DNA of 64,000 nt, from NCBI GenBank assembly GCA_030141605.1, contig JAQGDQ010000186.1, positions 62,001-126,000 of the forward strand. The letters are read 5' to 3'. The position numbers were made by a program, and so were the translations under genes. Below the pieces are notes generated by a model that did not search any database, was not told the origin of the DNA, and saw only the letters and a list, made by a program, of their open reading frames with translations. This stretch comes from Tubiluchus corallicola (lineage: Eukaryota; Animalia; Priapulida). Shown one piece after another: positions 24,931 to 38,850 of the stretch (within the stretch, counting starts at the first letter, position 1; each line of letters begins with the position of its first letter).

Positions 24931-26778
24931 CCACTGGAATATTATTGTAGGCCTGCCAATGGATTCATAAACTATATGAGAAGTGTCAGTTTTAAAACGA
25001 TCTTGAAATAGTGAGGGAACAGCATATCTCCCTCCCAAACAAAGTATGGAAACGCGCCATTCCCACGTATTCCCACAGCGCTAAGCCACTGGTACTAAGT
25101 AACATTAATTGAGCTAGTTGCGTTCTTAAATTATCCCTTAAAATTTTTGTTACTATATTATGCGGTTCTGTTGTGTTAAATATGCGTTAAACTGCCGGTT
25201 ATTAAATTATGCGTTTTGGGGATCTTGCAAATTGTTCCTGCCACGTTGTTGTAAAATTGCAAGACAGAATAGTTTTTTGTATGTACGATATCATCGTGAA
25301 ACGCATTGCTGGAAGAAGCTATTCAATCAAATTCAGTTAAAGCTTTTAGATCTGCTTTAGACAGATATGATTTTAATAACAAATTGAAAATATTTTGTTA
25401 ATTTGTGGCGTACTATAAATTTTTAGTTGAATCTACTCTAGTTGAATCTCACATACACTAATGAATGTGTTTTGTCTTATTACTATTATTTTTATTTTTT
25501 TTGCTATAATCCACTCTTATGCTGATTGTAATTATATGTAGAGTTCTTGTTTTTACTTATTTTAATTAACTAATATTTTTAATTTTATTGTTGTGGTGTT
25601 AATGTTAACTTGTAGACATGATAAGCGCATTGTGTTTTATTGAAATTGCAATACATGTATTTGTAATTAGGCTCTGATTGTTCCAACACACTGTGATAGT
25701 ATCGGACGTTAAAATAAATAAATTCAAAATTAAATTTGTCGCGCGTTAGTTTTTTTTATTACATTATCGGTTAGTTATTACATGTGTGTTGATTTTTATT
25801 AAATTGAGCCTTAATTTTTTTCTGTGTTGCAATATCTGAGGGGGGAAGGGGTTTGGGTTATTACATTAGCAGTTGTAACACGCCGGCATTCAGAGAAAAT
25901 ATGATGATTTACTATAATCATCGGCAAAACAGATAATCACACGCTTAAAATTTTTTTAGATGAAAATGCTGGCAGAAGCATTTGACAGAATCAGTTACAC
26001 ACAGAGCAACATTAATACTTACTAACTATGCTTATTTCTTACCAGTGATGATCTTTTTGCATCACGTTTCTGTATAATGTTCTTTATTTTAAAAATGAAC
26101 GAACACTTTTGACAATCTAGCGACTGACGGTGCCATTTTTCTTAAAGCCAGACAACCGCCATTAAATTTACATCTTTCTGATGACTCAAATTTTTCAATG
26201 CACGCAATCGTTCGTCATCATGTTTTTGCAATTTAGGCGAATATTGTCAGTAGAAACATTTTACTTTGTGGACAATAACTGATATAGGAATACGTAATTT
26301 TTAAGAAAATTTATCCGTTCTGTTGCGCCATATATATTGTACTGATAATGATGATAATCCATGCTGATTCCGAAATGCCTTGTGAGCTGTTTACAAACTA
26401 CGTGCATTGGTCTCGTATTACCAAAGATTGATACCATTACATCACACATTTCAACATTCAAATTGATATATACTTTTTTTCCTATTCTGAATGACATTTC
26501 GCTAGCCCGTTCCCTAGCACTTACAATGGTTCTCTTTTCCTGTCTTTACATACACACATCCATGCACGAATCAGCGTACACTTATTCATAATAGTAGTGC
26601 CAAATAACTCTTAGAAAGACAATAAACTGTTTTCACACGAAGGATCTAAACTTTGAAAGTTAGTTGAGAAGTGCAGCCCAAGTGCTAAATTGACAGATGG
26701 GAGGCTCAACATTAGTATATAGCTCAGAGGCTGCCTCTCTCAGCGATCGTGGATGTGTAAACAAGCCGCAGCGTCATT

Positions 26779-26970
26779 AAAAAGCTCGTTATAAATAAAT
26801 AATTATTTTCGCCTAATATTTTGTGAGTATACTGTTTCATTCTTACTTGTTAATATTGTTAGAAAATATTAAGTTTTTCTAAAAAGCTCGATATAAATAA
26901 ATAATCATTTTCGTCTAATATTTTGTGACTTAGTATACTGTTTCGTTCTTACTTGTTAATATCGTTAGAA
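26779..26970. repeat. Tandem duplication of ~85-90 bp
   Basis: aaaaagctcg..taaataaataat..ttttcg..taatattttgtga..tatactgtttc..ttcttacttgttaat..gttagaa occurs twice. Confidence 0.8.
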
Positions 26971-27256
26971 CAGTCTATTCTCTTATCATAAATTGTTAAC
27001 TTTCTTTAATATTAGTTAGATGCACACGCAGACAGTAGACCTACTCAACACTGCATGTTCTGATCAATAATAATGTATTTCAGCAAAAAGTGTCGAAAGT
27101 TTGTTAGCTCAAATCAAGCTACCGCAGCTAAACCGTGCAAATGACAAACTAAATTAGCTGTCAATCAGTGAGATTACTTCCTTCATTGATTTGCTTTGAG
27201 GCAATTGAGGCAATGCAGTGCTAACGATAGCGGTCTATTTCTCCTTACCTAACCTA

Positions 27257-27481
<225 letters not shown>

Positions 27482-30400
27482 TACGTTTACTCCCACTCCT
27501 CCCTCAGCTATGAGTGAATGGGGAGGAGACATATGTTATGTATAAATGTATTGTAATCTATTATTGTCTTTAGCGGGACGTGCAATATTTGACTTCAGAA
27601 GTAGATGCATTAGTACACCACAAGCAATTCCTATCAGCGTTACCCATTATTTTTAATTAGCTAATGCAGCAGAACGGATTGAAACAAAACTGAAATGCGT
27701 TCAAACGGAAGCCTAGAACGTGCAAAAATTTTATTGTTATTCTGTTCTCCAGAAGCCAATTCTTGGCGATTAATCGTCAAAGAAAAGGAAGTACGTTCAT
27801 CACGTATACAGCAGCAAGTCCCTTTCAGCTCTGTTGATGAGTAATTAAACATCAATTATGGCAGGAGAAGCAAGAGAAGGCAGGAGGATTATACTAAAGA
27901 GTTCACGGAAAGCCGATTTCAGTCGCGCAAACAAACGCAATTTTCCACCAGTTACTTGAAGGCCTTTGAATCCATTAGCTCGCTATGGCAATAAGGAACT
28001 GACTTTTAAGCTGAGCTATAAATTTCCGTGTTCGAGAACACAAAAGCTCACATTGCCCCTCATATCTTTGTAATCTGGGAATAACTGAGGACATGTTCAG
28101 AAGTTATTGAAAAAGAAAAATCTAAATATGATTTGTTAATAGAAGCTCTCTATATTATGTATATAACAGCTGTTGAAGATTATATATATATAGTTTTACT
28201 TTGTAAAAGTTGGCTGTTAGAGAAAGGATTCCAGATTTAACGTGTTTTAATAAATAACAATTCCTTTATGCAATTAATCTTCGCTAAGTGATCTTCAAAA
28301 TCAATAAAAATTGTAATAAGCAATAGTGGTGGCTTCAAATATGGTGGAAAACAGAAAACGACTAGTTAACTATTAGGGCCTACTTTTTGACCTTTCCAGC
28401 TAACCTTTTTTATGTCACCCATCCGACTTCTAGTTTCCTAATGGACACTGAGGCTGAAGCGGTATGCTAAAATGATTTTGTATATTGACCTTATTGCATA
28501 AAAGCCACACCGAACAAAATTGATTTATTTCTTGGCTCTGATGTTCTAGGAACAGCAAGATGTTGCGAAAGTGGCGATAAATAATTGCCATAAATGAAAA
28601 TATTAAATCGAAGCCATTCAATTTTTCTACAGTGCTTGATCAAGCAATCCAGTAAATGGACTTATCTTGTTCGTGCATTTATGTACTACCGTTCTGAAAG
28701 CGGCATTTCGTGCTTGTTTAGGAAGTTGATCAAAGAAGATAACTGAAAGTTGACCAATGTTGCGTTTACTCTGACTTTCCGCAGTCACAGCAGAATTCTA
28801 AGAATAGTTTCAACGTATGGTGCTGCTACGGTCGTTTAAAGTGATCACAAAAATCAAGTTGTTGTTTGTTTTTTATTTTACTTGTCGAATTTCTTTGTTT
28901 TTAGCACGAAAAATGAAACTAAAATGGGATTCCATTTACGCGATTAATGTTTTTGCAGGACTTTTACTGTGCTATCGTGGCTACCAACAGTAACAAATGT
29001 TAGTCTAGGGCTTTAGGAGGCGAACTGATTAACTCCCTCAATAAGCAAAAAATATGTTAATAACTAAATACAAACTAATAGAGTAATTAATATTAATAAG
29101 CTAGTTAATAAAGCAGGGTTTAACTTAAATTTCTTTGAAAAACAAACATCGTGTTGTGTAATTGGCGCTCTTTTTGACGATTTCTTCGACCATGATGAAT
29201 TTTGCTTATTCCGTTCCTTACATTTGTTGTTTAGTCGATTCAGTCGGCTAGTATTACTTTACCGTATTTATTCAGCTATAGGTAATCATTATCACCGATA
29301 GCATCACTGTTAGTGTATTTGTCTAAAACTTGTTCGTAATGGCCGCAACATTAGGAGAGTATTAAATTCAATATAACGTTTACACAAGCGGCTATACCAG
29401 TATAAATTATTAACCATCTCACAAGGTATGGCATTCAGTTTGTTGACTTTATAGCGAGACAAAATATAATACAAAGCCATAACTGTCACTTTCGCAAAGA
29501 GCCAAAAATTCAAGAGAAATCACAGCTGCCTCGTATAAACGTTATAAACGAACCCATCAGATCGTAAACAATTCGGATTTAATTTTATTTGTTTCTGCAA
29601 ATAGTCACTTTCACTAATAAAAGACGTGCCATATAGTTGGGCAGTAAGTTATAGCTTTCGCGTGCAGTTCATTTGCAAGGGTAGCCTGGTGTGTGAGTCG
29701 TATTCGTATTCAGTACTATGTTAATTATAACGGACGACACGAAAACAATAATTACAATAGTTTGTAATCCGTGACTTCATAGTACAAATAACACATAGCA
29801 CAAACAAGACATAATTTGCCATCAAGTCAGTGAGGTTTATTTGGTTTCTCACTGTTTGGCATCATAGCTAATTAGCCACTAATTGGCCTTTTTCCCTCTT
29901 TCTGTCTCTCCCCCGTTTGTTATACCGTGCCTCTCTTAGGTTTGGACGCAAATTGTAGTTTTACTTAGACCATTGGCAAAAATATCATTATTTCTTCACT
30001 TAGTGGCAGTAGCGTACAAAAGTAATTTACAACATGATCACGTCTAAATTTTTTACTTTATCTCCAGTTTCGGGAGCATTTTTATTAGTTTCCATTCTTT
30101 AATATTCCATTCTTTAACAACGTTCTTTAACACGCGACATTTCATCCGACCTACACAATATCATCAATGTGTCGTCAAAACGTCCGAAAAGATCGCATGT
30201 CCCACCTGCTGAAGCCAATCATTCGTGTTTGTTATTACGCTCAAATCTAGAGTTGCATTTGCTAAATCTGTCACCGTTTAATGTTATTGGTTCACTAGCA
30301 ACATTCTAAAATGACCTATCCGATCCAGTCTTCTCATTTGAATTTATTTATGTACACCTTTCTTCAACATTGGGTATTTCGATAGCCCATTTCATAACAA

Positions 30401-30643
30401 ACAGCTTACTCTAGAGACATATTTGGAAAACATTTACTTTTTCACGTACATCAGAACTCCAATTTATAACAACTTTGAAGCACATAATTTTTGAAAGTTT
30501 CCTAACAGCTAGATTGCATTGGTGCAGTTAGTGAGGCTGACTTCAAGTTTTTTGAAAATACAAACGCAAAATCAATTTGATTTATTTTTTAAAGAAGTTT
30601 CTACGTAAAAGACTAGCTTCTGTTAGTCAGTTATGCGAAATGG

Positions 30644-30894
30644 AAAAAATAAGCTTGCTATCGGTATGGTAGAAATGTATAAAGTTTATTTCCAAAAAAA
30701 TATCAGTAAACTGAATTGACCAATAAACTGCAATAAATAAAATTAGTAGATATACAGTGCGGTGTAATATAATGAATATTTGGTATATCTACTAATTTTA
30801 TTTATTGCAGTTTATTGGTCAATTCAGTTTACTGATATTTTTTTGGAAATAAACTTTATACATTTCTACCATACTGATAGCAAGCTTATTTTTT
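30644..30894. repeat. Near-perfect long inverted repeat (112-bp arms, 27-nt spacer)
   Basis: 30644-30755 is the reverse complement of 30783-30894 with one mismatch seen. Confidence 0.92.
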
Positions 30895-31300
30895 TGACTG
30901 CGCGAGCAGAGTTATGGAGGTACTTCCTGCCGTATATAATTGTCATTGTTGTTGTTGTTGTTGTTGTTGTATGTGATCAACCAAAATCGTAATAGTTTTT
31001 GCACTGTGACATTTACGCACGTAGCAAAACATTATACATGTAATTTTTTCCATGGTCATGTTGTGATTTCGTGCACTTGGTTAAAGACATTTTGACTTTT
31101 TTCACTCTTGGATAAACAGAGCAGCACAAATATTTTTAAATTAGTTTAACCATAAAATTGACTTAGTGTAACTCCCAAGTCAGGTTATTATTTTTTATAA
31201 TAAATTGAGGTGTATTAAATTTGCACATGCAAAAATTTTTATTGTAATACGTTAGTTATAAACCAGGTTAGGACAGACAGATTACATAGTGGTCAAAAAT
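30890..31300 (+). mobile_element. Possible HINE/DINE-like non-autonomous element
   Basis: Starts in a T run (tttttgactgcg), carries a (GTT)n microsatellite near its 5' end and ends with the inverted motif gtcaaaaa. Confidence 0.35.
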
Positions 31301-31337
31301 TATTAAAGGAAAATCGTTATCGTCAAAGGCTACTCAC

Positions 31338-31848
31338 CATCGTCAGCGAGTGCGTCTCCGCTTGACGGATCTAACTTTGAAGTTGGCTTTTTGTCATCCA
31401 CAGCACAACACGGCGGAGGGCTGACATCAACATGAATATTTATGTCTTCAACAACCATTCCATGTTGAACCACTGGCGGGACTTTGGACAGAGGAACCAC
31501 ATCCACTTTCATCTTGGCACATTTGCCACGATTTTCCAGTTCTCGAAACACGCGAAGGTAGCTATTGTTCAGAGCGAAAAAAGCACCATCTTTTTGTACA
31601 ACCTGAATGGTAGGAAAATTACCTTCGTTGTGCAGGATCCTGTTGCTCAATTCGTTGACGATGTTTTCGTCCAGTTGTCCCTGCAGCTTCTCATCGCCGT
31701 CTTGAATGAAGTTGACATCAGAAGGAGCTAGATATCTACTCGATGTTGTGTTGTTTACGTAACATTTCCAAAACCAGCGCACCATTACGCTCGAGTCCTT
31801 ACTTTCACGCTTCAAACCATTATTTAAGCCAGCTAAACAGTCATCCAT
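31338..31848 (-). CDS. ParB/sulfiredoxin-fold-like protein, coding exon 1
   Basis: Longest non-repetitive ORF in the window; in-frame TAA immediately before the ATG; ends G|gtgagt (phase 1). Motifs LAPSDVNFIQD, FPTIQVVQKDGAFFALNNSYLRVFRELENRGKC resemble the PSxIxFxQD...IxVVxxxGxxxxxDNRRLWVF pattern of ParB-like animal proteins. Confidence 0.8.
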
Positions 31849-32384
31849 TTATAACCAGCGAGCCTTCCTTATATACAACATCCCTGGATGAAAACTTCAA
31901 CGATTTTGGCTTAATTAAGAATCTGTACAAATAATATAATCCTATCAAAAAATCGTAGTTTTGTTATATTCCGGTATAGACCGGTATCTTCGAATGTTGT
32001 GTAGCGACAACAATGATGGCGATACAGATGAAACAAAACAACTTGGTGCAAAACGCTGATTAAACAAAGATGATCGAATTTACACACGCACACGCGCAAA
32101 ATTTACAATATGATTTACGCGCAGCGGACATTTCTAAGATTTCGTTGAACTGAACAGCACTGGATTCTTTTTCAGGTCAGAATAAGTTGAATCCCTGCAT
32201 CTTGTTAGGTTTCCATTTGCCCAATGCCGCATCATCTGTGTTGATACATCCACTATGCTGTCACGATCGATACAGACGACTTGGACAGTTGCTATTTAAT
32301 TACTCACTGCTACTGCAGGCGAACAATAAAATGTTTTAGGATAGGGTAGCCCGCAATGTAAGAAACTGACGGAAAAATCTTTTT

Positions 32385-32915
32385 CTAACATTTTCATTTT
32401 TCATTTTTTTTCTTTTTTTCTTTTTACATTTTTCCTGTCATTTTTTTATTTTGCTTTTTCCTCCCTAACTCCACACCTTCTTTCATTCTTTCCTTCATTC
32501 TTTCTTTCCTGCCTAATTCCACTCATTCTTTCGTTCTTTTTTTTTCCTACCTTCTTTCGTCTTTCTTTCTTTCTTTCTTTCTTTCTTTACTTTTCTCTTT
32601 CTCTTTCTTTCTATCTCAATTTGTTTGCCCTTCCTTCTTTTTTCTATTTTTTATTTTTTGTTATTCTTTTCTTTTTTCCTACTTACCCTTTCCTCTTTTT
32701 CGTCTGTTACAATGTTTATTCCTTTCTTCCTTCTTCACTCATTCTCTTTTCTTGCTTCCTTCTTCCTTTTTCCGTCCTCATCATTTTCTATTTTCTCCTC
32801 TCCTCTCCTCTCTTCTTCTCTTCCTTTCCCCTTCGCTTGCAACGCTTCGCTTCATTTTTCTTCCCATTTCACCTCTTCTCTTCTCCTCTCCTTTTCTCTT
32901 CCATTTTTCTTTTCG
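32385..32915. repeat. Pyrimidine-rich (CT/CTT/CTTT) low-complexity tract
   Basis: About 530 bp, nearly all C and T. Confidence 0.9.
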
Positions 32916-35665
32916 AAAATCTTGCAGTAAACTTTAAACTTGTATCCTAAACTGTGCAGTAATTTTTATCATGTTTTGCTTAGGCCCCAGTATTACAGCT
33001 GAGACGTGCGACGTAGAAGCGGAAATGCATTTCCAGTTATGAAGCCTGTCTACATTGTAAAGGGTCCACGTCGCTGAAACCTTGCCCAATGCAATATGTA
33101 CCATTTGTGCACACAACTGATGCGTCTCAGCACGGAGAAAGGACAATATTTGCATTGACAATCTGGTAATATGACTTCATTCAGTAGTCCTGTTATGACT
33201 GAAGGGGGTGTTGATCTATCCTTTGAAAGAACAAAATATTATTATCGATGCAATTTGCTTGAAGTGTTCTGCTCAAATAGAGTTAATCATCGATTAATGA
33301 AGAGACAAGTGATGCAAAGTGACATTGCTGAAGTGAGGCTCTTGACAGAAATTTACAAAATTTGGCTATGGAGTAAACTCCTCAAACCTTCGGTAGGGTT
33401 TAAAACTACCTTGAGAAAAACCTGTCTGGCGGGTGAAATGGTCGGAACAGGTTTTCCCCGTGTTACAACAATTTCTAACATGTTTATAAATAATTTATAG
33501 CCAATGTGTAGGCGATTTAGAGTGTACTTATATAGACCGAAACTGTGCACAGATGGATATAGAAATTAGTACTAACATTTATGACTGTAACTCAATATGA
33601 CGTGTAACACAGTTATTATTGTATTTCAACATGTCGTCTAACATTGTGCAATTGTTGTAAATAAGTAATTGCAATGATGTTTTAATCATTCGTTCTTTGC
33701 TTTTATTTATCTCTAGCTAAAAACTACAGTGACGAACGACAAAATACTAATAATAAGCTTTTCGTGTAATTCCTTTAGATACAAAAAACCTCCTGTCTAG
33801 TATAGCTTAAAATTTAACTTTCACGCTTTAAGATCGAACAAAAATTAACTAGAGCCTTTACAAATTCACGGTATGCTGCCAAAAAAGTGCTGTGCCGAAA
33901 TAACATCTTTATTATTTTGTACAGTATAATTGATAGAGATGGCTTTTATGTTATAGTGCGCTGGGTAAATTCTCTATATGTGTTCGAGAGATGAATAAAT
34001 TGATTGTTTTTACACATTTTTGACCAGTTTTCCAACGCTTTGACTGATAAAAAGCAGCAAGAAATTTGGTCCCGAAGAAAGGACAAGAAAACACGATTCT
34101 TTCATAAAGCTAAAAAATCATTTTGAAACGTTGCATCACTTACATACTGTCCTGTTGCATACAGAAGTTTTATTACATGACCCAACTGTAAATCCGCGTG
34201 CTGACATTATATACATACGTAAAATAAAATTTTGGTAGTGGTAGTGGTAGTGGTAAATAATAATAATAATAAATAATGATAATAATTTATTGAATATTTA
34301 AAATGCATTAACATTAAAAATGGACAAATGCATTTTACATACTTAAAATATTAACACATAAATAGTACATTACATACACAGTAGGCTGTTATAAATAAAA
34401 CTAAAAGTAGTAGTCTTACTACTTATAAATTACTTTGCCTTGTCAACACCATTGATTGTATGTGATTCTAGTGAGCCAGTGACGTTTCATAGTGCACATT
34501 GTGATAGTGAGCCAGTGACGTTTTACCAGTTTGCGCGACTATTTTAAGTTAATTCCGGTTACATAAATCTTACAAATGGGAAGCGAAAAATACGTCCTCC
34601 TGAAATGAAATTAAGGCTATTCATCTGGCCTTTGTATGAAACGTGTGTCGCAAATTAAGCTGTCAATTATGACGCAAGTACAGTTATCACGCTGTTTTAG
34701 AAAACGAATATCCATAATTATTATTTTAACCAGTGTTATGAAAGTTGCGAGATGGTGTAAAAATCTGGAACTCACGTACAGATTAATGAATAGTTTAAAA
34801 TGTGTCTAAATTACCATTACTGAATCTCATTAATTAGTCAACTAAGCTTTTAGAATAAGTTCAAAATCTGCAGTGCCCGCGCTGCTATTTGAAATTTACT
34901 ATGTGTTTTGCTGAATTTTGCTTTTATTCTAATCCCGGGCTCGGAAATTCTGGATATAAACGACTGGAAAATCAATTCGGGATTTGCGATTGCAACCTTA
35001 GGTTCGTATTCCAATGTTTAGATGATTCGTAAATTTGGTAAAACATTATCTAAAGGAGCTGTTCGTGGAAAACATTAGTTAATGATCAAACAAACAATCT
35101 AACAAATTATTTCGTTTAATATTATTCTTTGAATCGTTTATGACGAAAAAATTTCTAAAATTAGGCTTGTGGTGCATCTGGATAGGTGCAGTCAGAATGT
35201 GATTAATTATCACTCGTTGTTGCTTTAGTTTCACGTAATATTCAAATCACTTGAGAAGATTTTCTTTGGTGCCGTTTTGAACCAGATTCGAACTGCTCGG
35301 GATGGTATCAAAATTTAAAATTTATAAGGCACACTGTTCTTGCATCCAATATTCAACAGCGTTCATAGCTAACTATTCCTGAATGTGAAACTTTGTGTTG
35401 TTCGCTTATTGATCTTTTCTGAACAACTGTTTGGGTACGGCATTTAGAAACGGAACTGATTTGGCGTTGCCATAGAACTCGTTTGTGCATATTTTATTTA
35501 GTTTTGCCAAGGAATCCTTTTTATCGCATAATCTAGAATATGGAGTGACTCTATTGTGACTTGGCAATATAAAACTCCAAAAATTTAGGAAGGTAAACGA
35601 GAATGTGACCGTCTTCAAGGCGAAACTGTTATATCGCAAGCGAGTAATAGAATTAATCATAATTA

Positions 35666-36531
35666 CTAGCAAAGGCCCCGCAAAAGATTTTGCGTATAAA
35701 TACACGTGTAATCAATAATACGCGAACATCCTACCTAGTCCTCATGTATTACACAAAGCCCGTAACATCCTGCCTACTTACCTAACGCAAAGCCTGTAGC
35801 CCGTCACATCATGCCTACTGTATGTCTGTTTAGCTAACGCAAAGCCAGTAGCAGCTTTTTGCTGAATTAAACTTATAGACAGAGTACAATGGATGACGTC
35901 AGAACAATGGAATGCGGTCAGCACAGTTTTCTAAGCGAAAATTGTCGAAATTTGCGGAAAATAGAACACGTAATTAACTCATTGATACTCCTCTCGGTGG
36001 ACCTGCCCTAACATATAGCCCACATCATCGTGTAGCCCTGTTCTTCCTCTTTCTAAAGAGCCATATATCTCCTTCTGAGAGTCCCATCAGGCGCCGCTAA
36101 AACGTTTTTCCCGCAGGCTGTTTGGTTAAAATTTCGAAAAAATCGCGAGTTGGGTCCGGGAAAACGCCCGTTGCGGGACCCCGTAGCCCTCTCGCGAATT
36201 CTAAATATGCCTACTACACCCACCGCTGAATCTATATTATATAGCTATCTATCCATACCCAGTACCACCCTCGGCCCGTTCCCGTTCTCTACATCTCAGC
36301 CGTACAACTTTTGCAAAAAATGGCCGAAAAAGGGCCATTTTTGGAGGTTTTCGCCCCCCCTCCTCCCGGTGGGCCCGATTCGAAAAATAAACCATCAATG
36401 AGAAGACACTAGATCGAGACCTTTCGTTTGATATATAGATCGCCGCAAATGGTGCCCTCGTCCGGGCTGTAGCCTCGAATCTTATATATATATATATATA
36501 AAGCCCATACCAAGAATATTAATATAGTAGA
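35666..36531 (-). mobile_element. Non-autonomous Helitron
   Basis: On the minus strand it begins a|TCTACTATATT and ends CTAG|t, i.e. inserted in an AT dinucleotide. Hairpin cgcaaaa-tc-ttttgcg lies ~10 nt before the CTAG; (TA)n near the 5' end; GC-richer than flanks. Confidence 0.85.
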
Positions 36532-38119
36532 TAGGTTGTATCGTCATTGGTCCTTCTTTGGCTAGTAAACAAAGGTTTTTAATTGTTAAACTACAGTCAC
36601 CTTTTTAAAGGCACATTAGCTTTCTCCCCCATTGGATAATCCGATAATGTGAAAATACTGCATTTAGTTTAACTAGTTCTGGCTAGTTTACTGAATTTTA
36701 AGTAAACATGGAGGCAAAAATTGTTTGTTTTGTGCATAGTCAGTCTATTGTTCTCAACAAAATGTTGTTTATGATATTAATGTCTCAGTGTTATTAGTAA
36801 TTGTATTCTTTCCTTTTTTAAATAATAGTATAACTAACTAGTTAATTCTTAATGCTGTAAACATATGTTTGTCTATTTCCTACCGGATTGTATTAAATTG
36901 ATCAAATAAAACAAGCTTTACTGTAAACAAAATCATTTTATTTTTTATGTTCTCTTAAAAGCTAACGCATTTGAATTACTGGAGACTTATAATAGTTTCA
37001 TGCATGATGCATCTCTTTGTGTAGTCTGCTAGAGTTATATTAGTCATCCAAGGTTTATTTTTAGTTCTGACAACAAGATTGCAGAGAGGAATATACAAAC
37101 TTATTACATACTATGGCTGTACAGTAAAACGATAGATGAGAATCCCAATGAGCATTTCTGTAGAAAATTTTTGATCCTCCAGGATTTATAGGTATAGGTA
37201 GCATTCTTGTTAGCTCGAGGGTAATATTTCCTTAAGTTGCAAATCACTGCAAAGCCATTTATTTAAAAATTTAGGATCTATAACTTTGTATTATATTAAT
37301 TTTAATATTGCTGAGTTTTGCTAGCAACAGTTTGCCATTTTCAAGTCTTTGAACCTAACGTTTTGTTGCAATTTGTCACTTTTATTAATTGTCAGTTTCT
37401 ATATTTATTGTGCAATGTACAATCCTTTAGAGTATTGCATTATAAACAGCGGATTTTATAAATTAATAAACTTAAACTTAATGATATTTCAAGAACAATG
37501 TGCGTAATGGTTGACAATATAGCGTGTAAATGGGCTAGAGTTACACAGGAAGCGAAACGAAAAGTGGACTCGTTTGTCGCAAAATTCAAAAACTATACAA
37601 AAGGCGTAATGATGGGTGCCTCATCAAATAAATGGGTAACATTATTATTAATCACAAGTGAAAATATTTTATCATGATCGCATGCTATATGACTATTTGC
37701 ATCGCGAAATCAGCTGCTACCTTTCAGCTATAATAATTATTATATTATTACAGTCAAAAATAAATGTATTATTGCCAGAATACGGAAGCAAATCGGGCAA
37801 TATAACATTATTGCCATGAGGATTGTATAGAGCATCTGCAAATTAATCGTCGGTGGGCAGTACAAAATACAGCAGTCGTTGTTCTTACTTTTAGTTACGA
37901 GTTTCGACTTTTGTCCACATAATTTTCTGGTCGTACAAGCGTCTTATAATTTTTTAGTACTGATCTCTTTCTAAATCAACTTAGTCAAAACGACGAAGCC
38001 AAATTTTACTGTGATAAATTAATAACATTCCTGTTTTACTGTAACACTATTTGTTATAATTTAATAAACGATATTGCCAGACAGAAGCCCTGTCACTACT
38101 GCACTGTCAACCTATCAAG

Positions 38120-38850
38120 ATCTCATATAATATGATGTTGTAATACATATTGTAGAAAAAACAATATGTTGCACGAATTTCTGTAAGCCTTGCAAGCTAG
38201 GGTCACCAACCTCGCAGGATTGGTAGCCCTGGGTGGGGGACGTGCAACAGTTTGGTGACCACTGACCACTGGTCAAGGGGGAAGGGCAATAGGCATCGGG
38301 CTTTCCGTTTTTTACAATTTTTTTCCACAAGTATTTGGGCACTGTGGGGCAGGTGTGCACCTGCTGTTTTAAAAAGCTGTCAAACTTTAAACGCCCGAGG
38401 GAGGGGCCAAAATGCAAAATTTGGGTCCCAAAATCGGTAACCTTTTACATGCCGAGGGCTAGGAACGCAAAATTAACAGGGTGCACTCTCTGGGCAAAGT
38501 TATCTACGCATGCATGTGGCCCGAGTTGTCGGGTCAAAGGTCAAGGAGCGGGCGGGTCTTCATTTATTTTTCTTATGATCCATCTGCTCCCACAGTTTTT
38601 GGGCCAGGGGCACAATATTTGATATGTGGCTAGGTGGTGTCGTGGCCTTGCACATCATAAAATAAGGGACACGCTCGCATAGCAATACCGAAAATGGGGA
38701 TCGAGAACACAAGAGCACCGAGTGTTGAGCAATGGTACCTTGTAGCATATCAAATGAAAGGTCTCGATGAGGCGGAGCGAACGGCATAGGTTACAATGAG
38801 AATAGGTAACCCGCGACCCCGCTAGGGGGCAAAAACCGAAAAATGGGAGT
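38120..38850 (+). mobile_element. GC-rich transposon fragment related to the Helitron at 35666-36531
   Basis: Shares atatcaaaYgaaaggtctcgat (38747-38768 vs reverse complement of 36413-36434, 21/22) and a downstream gggggc.aaaa..c..aaaatgg motif. Boundaries uncertain. Confidence 0.55.

Noticed and set aside
32621-32950. Hydrophobic F/L/S-rich ORFs resembling membrane proteins
   Set aside because: Artefact of the pyrimidine tract, open in all three frames.
33171-33500. 109-aa plus-strand ORF
   Set aside because: No recognisable motif or supporting splice structure.
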